A DNA stretch of 64,000 bases from Syntrophorhabdaceae bacterium. GTDB lineage: Bacteria > Desulfobacterota > Syntrophorhabdia > Syntrophorhabdales > Syntrophorhabdaceae. The position numbers were made by a program, and so were the translations under genes. Below are positions 47,818 through 57,369 of the stretch, in pieces. The stretch spans positions 160,001 to 224,000 of the forward strand of contig CAXXUO010000009.1 of assembly GCA_963666485.2 (NCBI GenBank), in the 5' to 3' direction. Below the pieces are notes generated by a model that was given only the letters and a program-made list of their open reading frames with translations, was not told where the DNA came from and did no database searches. The stretch's first letter is position 1, and each line of letters opens with the position of its first letter.

Positions 47818-48693
47818 ATGAGTGACACCGGTACGATCAGAAGCGGGTCTATTCCATTGGAAACAACTATGCCGCCAGGAAGGCCTGATATTGAGTCAAC
47901 CCTTGAGAAACAATTCAGGAAACGAACTGCGCGCCTCGCGGAGGTAAACGACCTTCTCAGGAAAGAGATTGCCGAGAGAAGGAGAATGGAGGCCGATCTG
48001 CAGGATTCACATGAGCGATTGCGCCTTCTCAGCATTCACCTCCAGAAGATCCGCGAGGAAGAAAGGACCTCCTTATCACGTGAACTTCATGACGAATTCG
48101 GGCAGGCCCTGACGGGAATGAAGCTGGATGTAAGCTGGATAAAAAGAAGGCTCTTGAATGCCGAGACACCGATCATCGAGAGGCTCGATGCAGTCCTCGA
48201 GGCGCTGGACCACACTATCGACACGGTCCAGCACATGTCCGCCAGGTTAAGGCCTGTCGTTCTCGACGATTTCGGGCTGCGCGATGCTGCCGAACTTGCT
48301 GCGCGGGACATCAAGAAAAGGGCGAATATAGAATGCAGCGTCCTCTCTGAACCGTACGCGATAAACCTGGATGAAACAGTATCGACAGAGGCTTTCCGTA
48401 TTCTCCAGGAATCGCTCACAAATGTCATGCGCCATTCGGGGGCGAAAAACGTGTCGATAACGATGAGAAAGCGAAAAGACGTGCTGACGGTCGAAATCCA
48501 CGACAATGGAAAGGGGATCACGAAAAAGGAGATCACGGGCCCGAGGTCGCTCGGGCTCATCGGGATGCAGGAACGCGCGCATGCGCTCGGCGGCACCTTG
48601 TCCATTACGGGAATTCGCGGAAAAGGCACAACAGTTACCCTGGCGGTCCCCCTTAAACGGGTGCAGACAGCGCGGGGTAAGGAGGAACGATAA
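47818..48693 (+). CDS. Cytoplasmic HisKA_3 (NarX/UhpB-type) histidine kinase
   Basis: EEERTSLSRELHDEFGQAL, LRPVVLDDFGL, QESLTNVMRHS, DNGKG, GLIGMQER; no TM segment. Confidence 0.88.
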   Translation: MSDTGTIRSGSIPLETTMPPGRPDIESTLEKQFRKRTARLAEVNDLLRKEIAERRRMEADLQDSHERLRLLSIHLQKIREEERTSLSRELHDEFGQALTGMKLDVSWIKRRLLNAETPIIERLDAVLEALDHTIDTVQHMSARLRPVVLDDFGLRDAAELAARDIKKRANIECSVLSEPYAINLDETVSTEAFRILQESLTNVMRHSGAKNVSITMRKRKDVLTVEIHDNGKGITKKEITGPRSLGLIGMQERAHALGGTLSITGIRGKGTTVTLAVPLKRVQTARGKEER

Positions 48694-49325
48694 TGTTGCG
48701 GGTTATCATTGCCGACGATCACCCTGTGGTCCTCAAAGGCTTGAAAGAGATCCTGCAGGAAAATTTCAGCGATATGGTCTTCGATGAAGCGCGCCGGGGA
48801 TACGAATTGATCAATAAGGTCTACAACAATGATTACAACCTGGTCCTCCTCGATATCTCCCTGCCTGACATCAACGGTATCGAGGCCCTGAAAGAGATCA
48901 AAAAGAAACGTTCACGCCTGCCGGTCCTTATTGTAAGTACATACCCGGAGGAACAATATGCCGTACGGTCAATAAAGGCGGGGGCCCAGGGGTACATCAC
49001 CAAGCGAAGCGCCTCGGAGGAGCTTGTAGCGGCCGTGAACAAGATCCTTTCAGGCAAGAGGTACGTCAATCCCGCATTTGCCGAACAGATGATACTCGAC
49101 TTCGAGTCGGAGACCGACGCCCCGCCGCACGAAAAGCTCTCGATCCGCGAGCTCCAGGTTATGAAAATGGTGGCAAGCGGGTTGACGAACAAGGAGATTG
49201 CCGAGCAGTTGCACCTGAGCATCAACACGGTCCGGACATACAGGGTGCGCATCCTCGAGAAGATAGCCGTTAAGAAAACGAACGAGCTGATCTGGTACGC
49301 AGTAAAATACGGGCTCGTGGAATAA
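48693..49325 (+). CDS. NarL/LuxR-family response regulator
   Basis: ADDHPVV, LLDISLP, LSIRELQV...KEIAEQL helix-turn-helix. Confidence 0.93.
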   Translation: MLRVIIADDHPVVLKGLKEILQENFSDMVFDEARRGYELINKVYNNDYNLVLLDISLPDINGIEALKEIKKKRSRLPVLIVSTYPEEQYAVRSIKAGAQGYITKRSASEELVAAVNKILSGKRYVNPAFAEQMILDFESETDAPPHEKLSIRELQVMKMVASGLTNKEIAEQLHLSINTVRTYRVRILEKIAVKKTNELIWYAVKYGLVE

Positions 49326-49423
49326 CAATTTTTTTCTTTTGCCCGGGACCTGCCTGATGGTACATTAATCCCGTATATCCCTGTTTTAACTATCTTATCA
49401 CTCTGCCGGTACCGGGGGATGCG

Positions 49424-50551
49424 GTGAAAAACAAAAACATCATGCGGTCCTTGCTCCTTCTGCTTTTTTTCTCTGTCACCACCTTTTCCGCCGGATGTGC
49501 CGCGATGAAACCCGATTTCGATGAGACCCGATGGAGGGACAGGGTCAAAGCCGAAAAAGTGTCTGACCTTTACGCCCCGCATGCGGCGAACGGGACCTTC
49601 TTCAATCCATGGATGCCCATGGAAGAAAAAGGCTTTCTCAGGCTGATCAGATGGAAATTTTCGGCGAAGCGGGAATATACCCGGGAAGAAAAAGAATTCG
49701 GCCCCGCCTCTGTCCCGGACCCGCTCGCGGCCTTCAATGCGCGTCCCCATGACGACAGCATCCTATGGATCGGCCACGCGACGTTTCTTTTGCGGCTCGC
49801 GGGCAGCCTGTGGCTCACGGACCCTATGTTCTCTTCAAGGGCGCTCCTGCCCAAAAGAAAGGTCCCCCCGGCACTCATTATCGATGAGGTCAACGCGATC
49901 TCATCACCCGGCCTCAACGTCATTATTTCGCATAATCACTACGATCACCTGGACGCGGCGAGCATCAAGGCGCTCCCCGGAAATACCCGCATATTCGCAC
50001 CGCTCGGGCTTAAAAAATTTCTCGCGGGGCTCGGGAAAGAGAACGTGATCGAGATGGACTGGTGGCAGGCCATCGATCTCGGGGACGGCACCACGATCGT
50101 GTGCCTGCCCGTTCAGCATTGGTCCCGGAGAATCGGACAGGGCATCAACACCAGCCTCTGGGCAGGTTTTCTGCTGATAACACCGCGGGCAACGGTTTAC
50201 TACGGGGGCGATAGCGGATATTTCATCGGTTTTGCCGAGATCGGGAGGCGGTATCCCGGGATAGACTATGCCCTCATGCCGGCAACGGCATACCATCCCC
50301 GGTGGTTTATGCATTACTCCCACATGGATATCGACGAAACCCTCGATGCGTTCGACGACCTCAAGGCCCGGTATTTCATTCCGACCCAGTGGGGCGTTTT
50401 CCACCTTGGTGATGAGCCACCGGGGTTTCCCGTTATCGAACTGAAAAAGAAGATCATCGAACGCGCTCTCGATCCGTCCCGCTTCATCATAATGGACATC
50501 GGGCAGGCCCTCTTTTTAAGAAATAACGACCGGTATCACATCACACCTTGA
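49424..50551 (+). CDS. MBL-fold metallohydrolase lipoprotein (NAPE-PLD/RomA-like)
   Basis: SAGC lipobox, WIGHAT, TDPMFS, SHNHYDHLD, QHWSRR, GDSGY. Confidence 0.85.
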   Translation: MKNKNIMRSLLLLLFFSVTTFSAGCAAMKPDFDETRWRDRVKAEKVSDLYAPHAANGTFFNPWMPMEEKGFLRLIRWKFSAKREYTREEKEFGPASVPDPLAAFNARPHDDSILWIGHATFLLRLAGSLWLTDPMFSSRALLPKRKVPPALIIDEVNAISSPGLNVIISHNHYDHLDAASIKALPGNTRIFAPLGLKKFLAGLGKENVIEMDWWQAIDLGDGTTIVCLPVQHWSRRIGQGINTSLWAGFLLITPRATVYYGGDSGYFIGFAEIGRRYPGIDYALMPATAYHPRWFMHYSHMDIDETLDAFDDLKARYFIPTQWGVFHLGDEPPGFPVIELKKKIIERALDPSRFIIMDIGQALFLRNNDRYHITP

Positions 50552-50608
50552 AAGCCGCTATTAAATAAAGTATTGTATCCAGAAACCCTATACCCGGCAG
50601 GAGGAAAC

Positions 50609-51121
50609 ATGACGACGCACCCCGCATCGGTCCGTCCCGTCCGTATCACGTTCATGGCATTGATCGCAGCGATATTCCTGACCGCATGTTCAGCCATCGA
50701 CAGCAGGATCAGTCAAAATGAAAACGAGTTCAAGACATATCCGCCGGACGTCCAGGCATTGATAAAGAACGGGCAGATACGGCCTGGATTTACGGAAACC
50801 CAGGTGTACATCGCGTGGGGCGAGCCGTATTACCGGGGCGGCGGCCAGTGGACATATCCGGGATTCGACTGCAAGAAATTCCAGGTGCCCAAAGATGAAT
50901 GGGAATACAAGAGACAATACCAGGCCGCCTGGGACGAATACCAGGACAGGAAAAAGCAGGGGAAAAAGGAGGTATTCGTACCGCCGTCACCCTACAAGGA
51001 AGAGCAGAGGTGCCGGCGCTTCGTAAAAAATTATCTCTATTTCGATCACGGGATCTTGACCCGTATGGACAGCCCGGCGACGATAACGTGGATAGATAGG
51101 GATTGGGATTACAAACAATAA
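50609..51121 (+). CDS. Hypothetical lipoprotein
   Basis: LTAC lipobox, GFTETQVYIAWGEP; AGGAGG SD. Confidence 0.75.
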   Translation: MTTHPASVRPVRITFMALIAAIFLTACSAIDSRISQNENEFKTYPPDVQALIKNGQIRPGFTETQVYIAWGEPYYRGGGQWTYPGFDCKKFQVPKDEWEYKRQYQAAWDEYQDRKKQGKKEVFVPPSPYKEEQRCRRFVKNYLYFDHGILTRMDSPATITWIDRDWDYKQ

Positions 51122-51239
51122 AAAACGGTTCAAGGTTCAAGGTTCAATGCTAAAAGAGTATCCCCCTATAAAAGAAAAACTGCCATTCCGAGAATGGCAG
51201 TCCCATTGAACTTTGAACCTTGAACCTTGAACCGTTTTT
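51121..51239. repeat. Inverted heptamer-array cassette, family C, perfect 27-bp terminal IR
   Basis: AAAAAC(GGTTCAA)3 51121-51147 vs (TTGAACC)3GTTTTT 51213-51239; internal hairpin ACTGCCATTC/GAATGGCAGT 51179-51201. Confidence 0.95.
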
Positions 51240-51530
51240 CTAGTACGGGTACACGTACACCGGCGCGGGTGGCGGGTAGTAGTAATAAACCCTGGGCGGA
51301 GGTGGCGGAGGCGCTACGTACACCGGTGCCGGGCGTATTGCGCTTCCCACGATGGCGCCTGCAACAAACCCTCCGAGAGCCGCGCCGCCATATCCCCAGC
51401 CGTAATAGGGGCCGCCATAATAACGGCCATGGTACGGCCCGCCATAATATCCCCTGGCCTCGCTTATGACCGGCGATACGATCACCAGCAGCATGGCAAG
51501 TACCACTATAATCACCATCATAGACTTCAT
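51240..51530 (-). CDS. Small secreted Gly/Tyr/Pro-rich protein
   Basis: Signal peptide, YYGGPY repeats, glycine zipper, poly-Pro tail; GGAGG SD. Confidence 0.75.
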   Translation of the reverse strand: MKSMMVIIVVLAMLLVIVSPVISEARGYYGGPYHGRYYGGPYYGWGYGGAALGGFVAGAIVGSAIRPAPVYVAPPPPPPRVYYYYPPPAPVYVYPY

Positions 51531-51569
51531 ATCCCCTCCAAAAATACTCAATTTACTGCGGAATAAATA

Positions 51570-51585
51570 AGCAAAAATGATACCA
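51570..51585 (-). promoter_or_regulatory. Candidate sigma54 promoter
   Basis: Minus strand TGGTATCATTTTTGCT, GG-N10-GC spacing exact. Confidence 0.6.
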
Positions 51586-51778
51586 CATGGGTTTGCCTCG
51601 CCGAACTATTCAAAATTGCAGATATTTCGTAATTCCGGCCCTGTATCTTTCATCCAAAACAGGCAAGATTTGTCGACATTGGTTTGGTCGAACGACAATT
51701 GCGTCGACGACGATTGACAAGGTGCTTAAAAACATACTAAGGTAAAACAACTGCGACAACATCAGGAGGAGGCGTATC

Positions 51779-53104
51779 GTGTCCATGAACATACGGGAAC
51801 CGGTAATAACCGTCGGGATCGCTGATATGCAGGCTGGCGTGACGGGACGGCTCAATGGAAATTTCCTCATCGGGGGGACCGGCCTTTTGTCCGGCCCGTT
51901 CCGCGCGTCAGTGGACAAAGAAGGCGTCCTTCTTTTCGACGAAGGCGACCGCGTTGTCGCTCATGCCCCTTCTGTGCGCCTCGTGGCCAACGAAGGCTCG
52001 ACGTTCCGCATATCGGACGTGACGATCGGGATCCGCTTCCACTGGGAACGCAAAGAAGACCAGGTGTTCGAGGGAAACCTCGTCCTGACCGCACGCGACG
52101 CCGGCCATATGGCAATCATCAATGAAATATCACTCGAGAATTACCTCGTGAGCGTCATATCGTCTGAAATGAGCGGGACGGCGCCGGGTGAATTTCTCAA
52201 GGCCCATTCCATTATCTCACGCAGCTGGCTCCTCGCGGCTCTTGACCGGAAGGTGGCAGGAAAAACACCGGACGGGCGGCCCCCGACCGATGAGCTCATA
52301 CGCTGGTACAACCGGGAGGACCACGACATTTTCGATGTCTGCGCCGATGACCACTGCCAGCGGTACCAGGGCATTACAAAGATAATTTCGGACATGGCGG
52401 CGCATGCGGTGAGCGAGACGCGCGGGCACGTCATCGCCTATGGCGGCAAGGTCTGCGATGCCCGGTATTTCAAGGCGTGCGGCGGTATTACCGAGAATTA
52501 CGAAACGGCCTGGGAAGATACCCCGATACCCTACCTCGTCAGCATCAGCGACTCACCGAACGCCCTGCCGGCGGTTGCCTCCGAGGGCAAGGCCGCACAA
52601 TGGATCCAAAGTTCGCCGGATGTGTACTGCAACACACAGGATGAGGAGCTGCTCGCAGAGATGCTGCCTGGCTATGACCGGGAAACGGCGCATTTTTTTC
52701 GCTGGAAGGTCGAGTATACGCGAAGCCAGCTTGAAGAGATAATCAGGCAGAAATCGGGGATCGACTTCGGTACGCTCCATGATCTTGCACCGCTCGAGCG
52801 GGGACCGTCCGGAAGGATAAAGCGCCTGAAGATAAGCGGCTCGAAACAGAGCATCGTCATCGGGAAGGAACTCGAGATCCGCAGATGGCTCTCGCCCACC
52901 CATCTTTACAGCAGCGCTTTCATCGTGTCGGTTGACTCGGGGGCGGATGGTAGTCCGGAACGCTTCACATTTAACGGCGCGGGATGGGGACACGGTGTCG
53001 GCCTGTGCCAGATAGGGGCAGCCGTCATGGCAAAGAAAGGGTTCACGGCCCGGGAGATCCTGGCCCATTATTTTACCGGCGCCGAGATCACGAAGATCTA
53101 TTAA
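51779..53104 (+). CDS. SpoIID/LytB-domain protein
   Basis: LENYLVSVISSEM, LKAHSIISRSW, DVCADDHCQRYQG, GAGWGHGVGLCQIGA, ILAHYF. Confidence 0.9.
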   Translation: MSMNIREPVITVGIADMQAGVTGRLNGNFLIGGTGLLSGPFRASVDKEGVLLFDEGDRVVAHAPSVRLVANEGSTFRISDVTIGIRFHWERKEDQVFEGNLVLTARDAGHMAIINEISLENYLVSVISSEMSGTAPGEFLKAHSIISRSWLLAALDRKVAGKTPDGRPPTDELIRWYNREDHDIFDVCADDHCQRYQGITKIISDMAAHAVSETRGHVIAYGGKVCDARYFKACGGITENYETAWEDTPIPYLVSISDSPNALPAVASEGKAAQWIQSSPDVYCNTQDEELLAEMLPGYDRETAHFFRWKVEYTRSQLEEIIRQKSGIDFGTLHDLAPLERGPSGRIKRLKISGSKQSIVIGKELEIRRWLSPTHLYSSAFIVSVDSGADGSPERFTFNGAGWGHGVGLCQIGAAVMAKKGFTAREILAHYFTGAEITKIY

Positions 53105-53125
53105 ACCGATGCATCAGCAGGACCG

Positions 53126-53869
53126 ATGATACGAAAACGCTTCAAAACGGCCTTTATCCTCGCCGCAGGACTGGGCACGCGCCTGCGCCCGCTTACTCAC
53201 CACGTCCCCAAGCCCCTCCTGCCGATCGGCGGCCGGCCGATCATCACCTATGCGATGGACCATCTGCTGACGATTGGCGTAGAGCGCTTCATTGTCAACA
53301 CGCACCACCTCCCCGAAAAATATTTGGAGGCATTTCCCGGCCGGATATGGCGGGGGGCCCCGATACTATTCAGGCATGAACCCACCCTTCTCGACACCGG
53401 GGGCGGGCTCAAGAATATCGAAGACCTCCTCGGGGACGACGAGGCCATACTTTGTTACAATGGCGACATCATGTGCGACATGCCCCTGCGGCCCCTGATC
53501 GAGGCGCACGAGGCGGCAGGGTGCGAGGCGACCCTTGCCCTGAGAACGCAGGGGCCGAACCTCAACGTAGATATAGACCGGTCGGGTGCAATATGCGACA
53601 TGCGCCTGAGGCTCAACCGGCCGGGGGCCGCAACATGCCTTTTTACCGGCATCTACGCGGTCGAAAGGTCCTTTATTGACGCGATCGACACGCTGAGGAT
53701 CGAGTCGATCGTCGAGATCTTCTTAAGGAGGATCATCGCGGCCCCGGGCTCGATACGGGGGGCTATCATCGATTCCGGGGATTGGGACGATGTCGGCTCG
53801 GTTGCAGTGTACGAGAGGCTTTCGGGACAAACGTCATACCCCGAAGGAAAAAACGAGGATGTCCTATGA
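53126..53869 (+). CDS. Sugar-1-phosphate nucleotidyltransferase (MurU-like)
   Basis: ILAAGLGTRLRPLT--PKPL, LLDTGGG, YNGDI, FTGIY, WDDVG. Confidence 0.85.
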   Translation: MIRKRFKTAFILAAGLGTRLRPLTHHVPKPLLPIGGRPIITYAMDHLLTIGVERFIVNTHHLPEKYLEAFPGRIWRGAPILFRHEPTLLDTGGGLKNIEDLLGDDEAILCYNGDIMCDMPLRPLIEAHEAAGCEATLALRTQGPNLNVDIDRSGAICDMRLRLNRPGAATCLFTGIYAVERSFIDAIDTLRIESIVEIFLRRIIAAPGSIRGAIIDSGDWDDVGSVAVYERLSGQTSYPEGKNEDVL

Positions 53870-54861
53870 CAGATGAGATCGAGATCGCTGCCTTCGCCCG
53901 CACCGCAGCTAACGTCAGAGAACCGCAGGACATTGTCGTCAGGCCGCTTTCCGCGCGCGGCTCTGACCGGGTGTTCTACCGGGTCCATTATGATACGAAG
54001 ACCGCCATCGGGATACACTACGATACGAACCGGACGGAAAATGCGTACTACGCGGATATCGCTGTCTTTCTCAAGAAGATGCGGCTGCCGGTCCCCGGCC
54101 TTATCGCCCACGACCCTGAGAAGCATCTCATGCTGCTGGAAGACCTTGGCGATGCGGACCTCTTTTCGCTAAGCAATTCCCCCTGGCCGGAGAGGCGTGT
54201 TCTCTACCAGAAAACGCTCGGGGCCGCGCAAAGGCTGCACAGGCTGACGGAAAAGGATCTTCCCCCGGGCGCCCCCCGGCTCATGGAGGGGTTCGATGCC
54301 GCGCTCTACCGGTGGGAGCAGGATTATTTCCTCGACAACCTCGTCGGGCAATGCTGCAAAATTGACCTCGAACCCGCTTTCGAGTCAAAACTCCGGGCCG
54401 AGCTGGCCGGGCTTACCGGAAGACTCTGCGCGCTCCCGCGATGCCTTGTCCATCGCGACCTCCAGTCCCGGAACATTATGGTCCGCGACGGCGAACCGTA
54501 CTTTATCGATTTCCAGGGGATGCGGCTCGGGAACCCGTTCTATGACCTCGCATCGCTCCTGTGCGACCCGTATGTTTCGATCCCGGACGAAGGCCGGGAA
54601 GAGCTCCTTTCATTCTATTACGTCCTTTCATCCCAGGAACTCGACTGGGATGCATTCCTCAACGCTTTCTGGGATGCAGCCGCCGAGCGCCTGATGCAGG
54701 CCCTCGGCGCCTACGGTTTCCTGGGAAAAGTAAAGGGGCTCAAGGATTTCCTCGGGTCTATCCCGCCGGGCCTCAATAATCTGAATGCCGCACTGTCCCA
54801 CACCCCGTCCCTCGCGTCCTTGCGCGACGTGACCCTGCTTTGCCAGGTTGCGATCGGGTAA
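53866..54861 (+). CDS. APH-family sugar kinase (AmgK-like)
   Basis: GSDRVFYR, LLEDLGD, HRDLQSRNIM, IDFQG, YDLASLLCDPY, QALGAYGFL; start trimmed to ATG 53866. Confidence 0.85.
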   Translation: MTDEIEIAAFARTAANVREPQDIVVRPLSARGSDRVFYRVHYDTKTAIGIHYDTNRTENAYYADIAVFLKKMRLPVPGLIAHDPEKHLMLLEDLGDADLFSLSNSPWPERRVLYQKTLGAAQRLHRLTEKDLPPGAPRLMEGFDAALYRWEQDYFLDNLVGQCCKIDLEPAFESKLRAELAGLTGRLCALPRCLVHRDLQSRNIMVRDGEPYFIDFQGMRLGNPFYDLASLLCDPYVSIPDEGREELLSFYYVLSSQELDWDAFLNAFWDAAAERLMQALGAYGFLGKVKGLKDFLGSIPPGLNNLNAALSHTPSLASLRDVTLLCQVAIG

Positions 54862-54937
54862 ATATCCGCCTGCACGGCAGGGAACATGACGGTCTTTCTT
54901 TAAAAATCCGGCCGGTCATGCTAGGATATGGGGAAAA

Positions 54938-56407
54938 ATGAGACCTGTAACAGCTGTCTGTACATTTAAAGCGGGTACCATGTTCCTGCCAGCCTTAAGG
55001 CGCCTTATCGCTTCGGAAATGATCGAAGAAGTGCTGATCGTGACACGTGAGCAGATACCCGAGGTATTGCCCCGATGCAGCATTGTCGATACCGGCGGGT
55101 TCGCGTCTCGGGCCACGCTGCGAAGGGTACTCGACAAAACGAGGACGGAATACCTTCTTTTTATCCCCGGCATCATCCCGGTGCTCCCGGGGTCAATTAC
55201 CCTGGAAAAAATGATCGAAGCGGCACGGTCAATGAACGCGGCGTTCATCTATTCCGATTTTTACGAAGACAACGGCAAGGGCAAGACATTCCATCCCCTG
55301 ACCGACTACCAGGCAGGAAGCGTCCGCGACGATTTCGACTTCGGTCATCTCGTCCTGCTGAGCGTACCCGGTATACGCAAGGCGCTCGGCTTCTTCGGGG
55401 ATACCCCTGCCTGCCGTCACGGGGCGCTTTACGACCTTCGCCTCAAGCTATCCATCGACCAGGGCATCTACCGTATCCCGGAAGCCCTGTACAGCATCGT
55501 CACGCATCGCAGCGATCAGGACGGGATGTCGCTTTTTGCATACGTCGACCCACGCAACCAGCAGGTCCAGAAGGAGATGGAATCGATATTTACGGACCAT
55601 TTAAAAAGGATCGGCGCGTATATACCGCCGCAGCGGCTCACACTGATGCAGGAACCTTCAGATCCTTTCCCCGTCAAGGCCTCGGTCATAATCCCTGTCA
55701 GGAACAGGAGACATACGATCGCCGATGCGATACACAGCGCCCTCGCGCAGGAAGCGGATTTCACATTCAATATAATCGTTATAGACAACCATTCCACAGA
55801 CGGCACAACGGATATCGTTGCGGACCTTGCACAAAAGAACTCTGCGGTGGTGCATATCGTCCCCGACCGGCACGACCTCGGCATCGGCGGATGCTGGAAC
55901 CTCGGCATCAACGACAGGGCATGCGGCCGCTATGCCGTCCAGCTCGATTCGGACGACCTGTATGAAAACCACCTGGTGCTCGAGAGTATCGTCGATACGA
56001 TACGCGACGGCAGTTACGCCATGGTTGTCGGTTCCTATACTATCGTGAACGAACACCTCGACCAGATCCCGCCGGGCCTTATCGATCACCGGGAATGGAC
56101 GGATGTGAACGGCCATAACAACGCGCTCAGGGTGAACGGGCTCGGCGCTCCGCGCGCTTTCAGCACAACCGTCATGCGCAGGATCGGTTTTTTGAATGTC
56201 AGTTATGGAGAAGATTACGCGGCTGCACTTCGTATATCGCGCCAGTATAAAGTAGGCAGGATATACGAAAGCCTTTACCTGTGCCGGAGGTGGTCAGGCA
56301 ACACCGACGCCGGGCTTCAGATAGAAGCATCCAATAACAATAATGTCTTCAAGGATTCCCTGCGCAGCGAGGAAATAACCGCGCGCCAGGAACTCGCGCA
56401 AAAATGA
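54938..56407 (+). CDS. Glycosyltransferase family 2 (tandem GT-A-like domains)
   Basis: ASVIIPVRNR, IDNHSTDGT, QLDSDDLY, YGEDY. Confidence 0.88.
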   Translation: MRPVTAVCTFKAGTMFLPALRRLIASEMIEEVLIVTREQIPEVLPRCSIVDTGGFASRATLRRVLDKTRTEYLLFIPGIIPVLPGSITLEKMIEAARSMNAAFIYSDFYEDNGKGKTFHPLTDYQAGSVRDDFDFGHLVLLSVPGIRKALGFFGDTPACRHGALYDLRLKLSIDQGIYRIPEALYSIVTHRSDQDGMSLFAYVDPRNQQVQKEMESIFTDHLKRIGAYIPPQRLTLMQEPSDPFPVKASVIIPVRNRRHTIADAIHSALAQEADFTFNIIVIDNHSTDGTTDIVADLAQKNSAVVHIVPDRHDLGIGGCWNLGINDRACGRYAVQLDSDDLYENHLVLESIVDTIRDGSYAMVVGSYTIVNEHLDQIPPGLIDHREWTDVNGHNNALRVNGLGAPRAFSTTVMRRIGFLNVSYGEDYAAALRISRQYKVGRIYESLYLCRRWSGNTDAGLQIEASNNNNVFKDSLRSEEITARQELAQK

Positions 56408-57369
56408 AAGATGCCTCGCATGATCGTGTGCTGGCACACTTCACGGGTGCCGGTGATGGGCCCTCCCCCCTCGGCCGGATATGCCGGCAGCTTGTCGACG
56501 AACAGCAGGGCTCCTGGCCCGAGCTCAGGTCGGCCTGCGAATCGCTCGGTGACGCACGGCAGCGCGATATCGCATGTTCCGGTTTCTCGGTCCGGCTTAT
56601 GTATAACCCGGGAAGGTCCATCAACACCCTTGCCGCGGTCACGCCGGAAAAGATCAGTGAAAGGCCCTGTTTTCTCTGTGCGGCGAATTTGCCCGCGGAA
56701 CAAAAAGCGGTCCTGTACAGGGACAGTTTTCACATCCTGGCGAACCCGAGACCTGTCGTTCCCTACCACCTTACCGTCGCGGACACCGCGCACCGGCCCC
56801 AGTCCCTGTATGAAAGCATCGACCATTTTCTCCTCCTGACACACGATATCGCCCCGGGCTTTACGACGCTCTATAACGGCCCCCGGTGCGGGGCGTCCGC
56901 CCCGGACCACCTGCATTTCCAGGCGGTACCGTCAGGCAGCATACCGGTCGAAAAGGAGATCGCCGCCCGGCAGAAATTTTCCGTCGTGGACAGGGATGAA
57001 CACGTCATCGTTTCATCGGGCCGTGGACTCGGCAGGGAAATAATGCTCATAGAAGGCGCCGATGCCCGTGATGTTTCCCATGCTTTCCGGGAACTGATCG
57101 ATACATACCGTCTGCGAACGGACGATGGCGACGAACCCATGATCAATGTCATGGGCCGCTGCATACATGACAGCTTCTGCCTCGCCGTTTTTCCGCGCCG
57201 CGCCCACCGTCCTGCCGCTTTCTTCCGGCAGGACGATCAAAGGATAATGGTGAGCCCCGCGGTCATGGAGATGGGAGGCATGATCGTTACCCCTTCCGAA
57301 ACGGATTTTTACCGCCTCACTGCAGACATGATCGAATCGATTTACAGGGAAGTATCCTTGATGCCGTAA
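56404..57369 (+). CDS. DUF4922-like protein, GalT/Ap4A-phosphorylase-type HxHxQ nucleotidyltransferase fold
   Basis: RPCFLC, ILANPRP, YNGPRCGASAPDHLHFQA, FPRRAHRP, VSPAVMEMGG. Confidence 0.75.
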   Translation: MKDASHDRVLAHFTGAGDGPSPLGRICRQLVDEQQGSWPELRSACESLGDARQRDIACSGFSVRLMYNPGRSINTLAAVTPEKISERPCFLCAANLPAEQKAVLYRDSFHILANPRPVVPYHLTVADTAHRPQSLYESIDHFLLLTHDIAPGFTTLYNGPRCGASAPDHLHFQAVPSGSIPVEKEIAARQKFSVVDRDEHVIVSSGRGLGREIMLIEGADARDVSHAFRELIDTYRLRTDDGDEPMINVMGRCIHDSFCLAVFPRRAHRPAAFFRQDDQRIMVSPAVMEMGGMIVTPSETDFYRLTADMIESIYREVSLMP

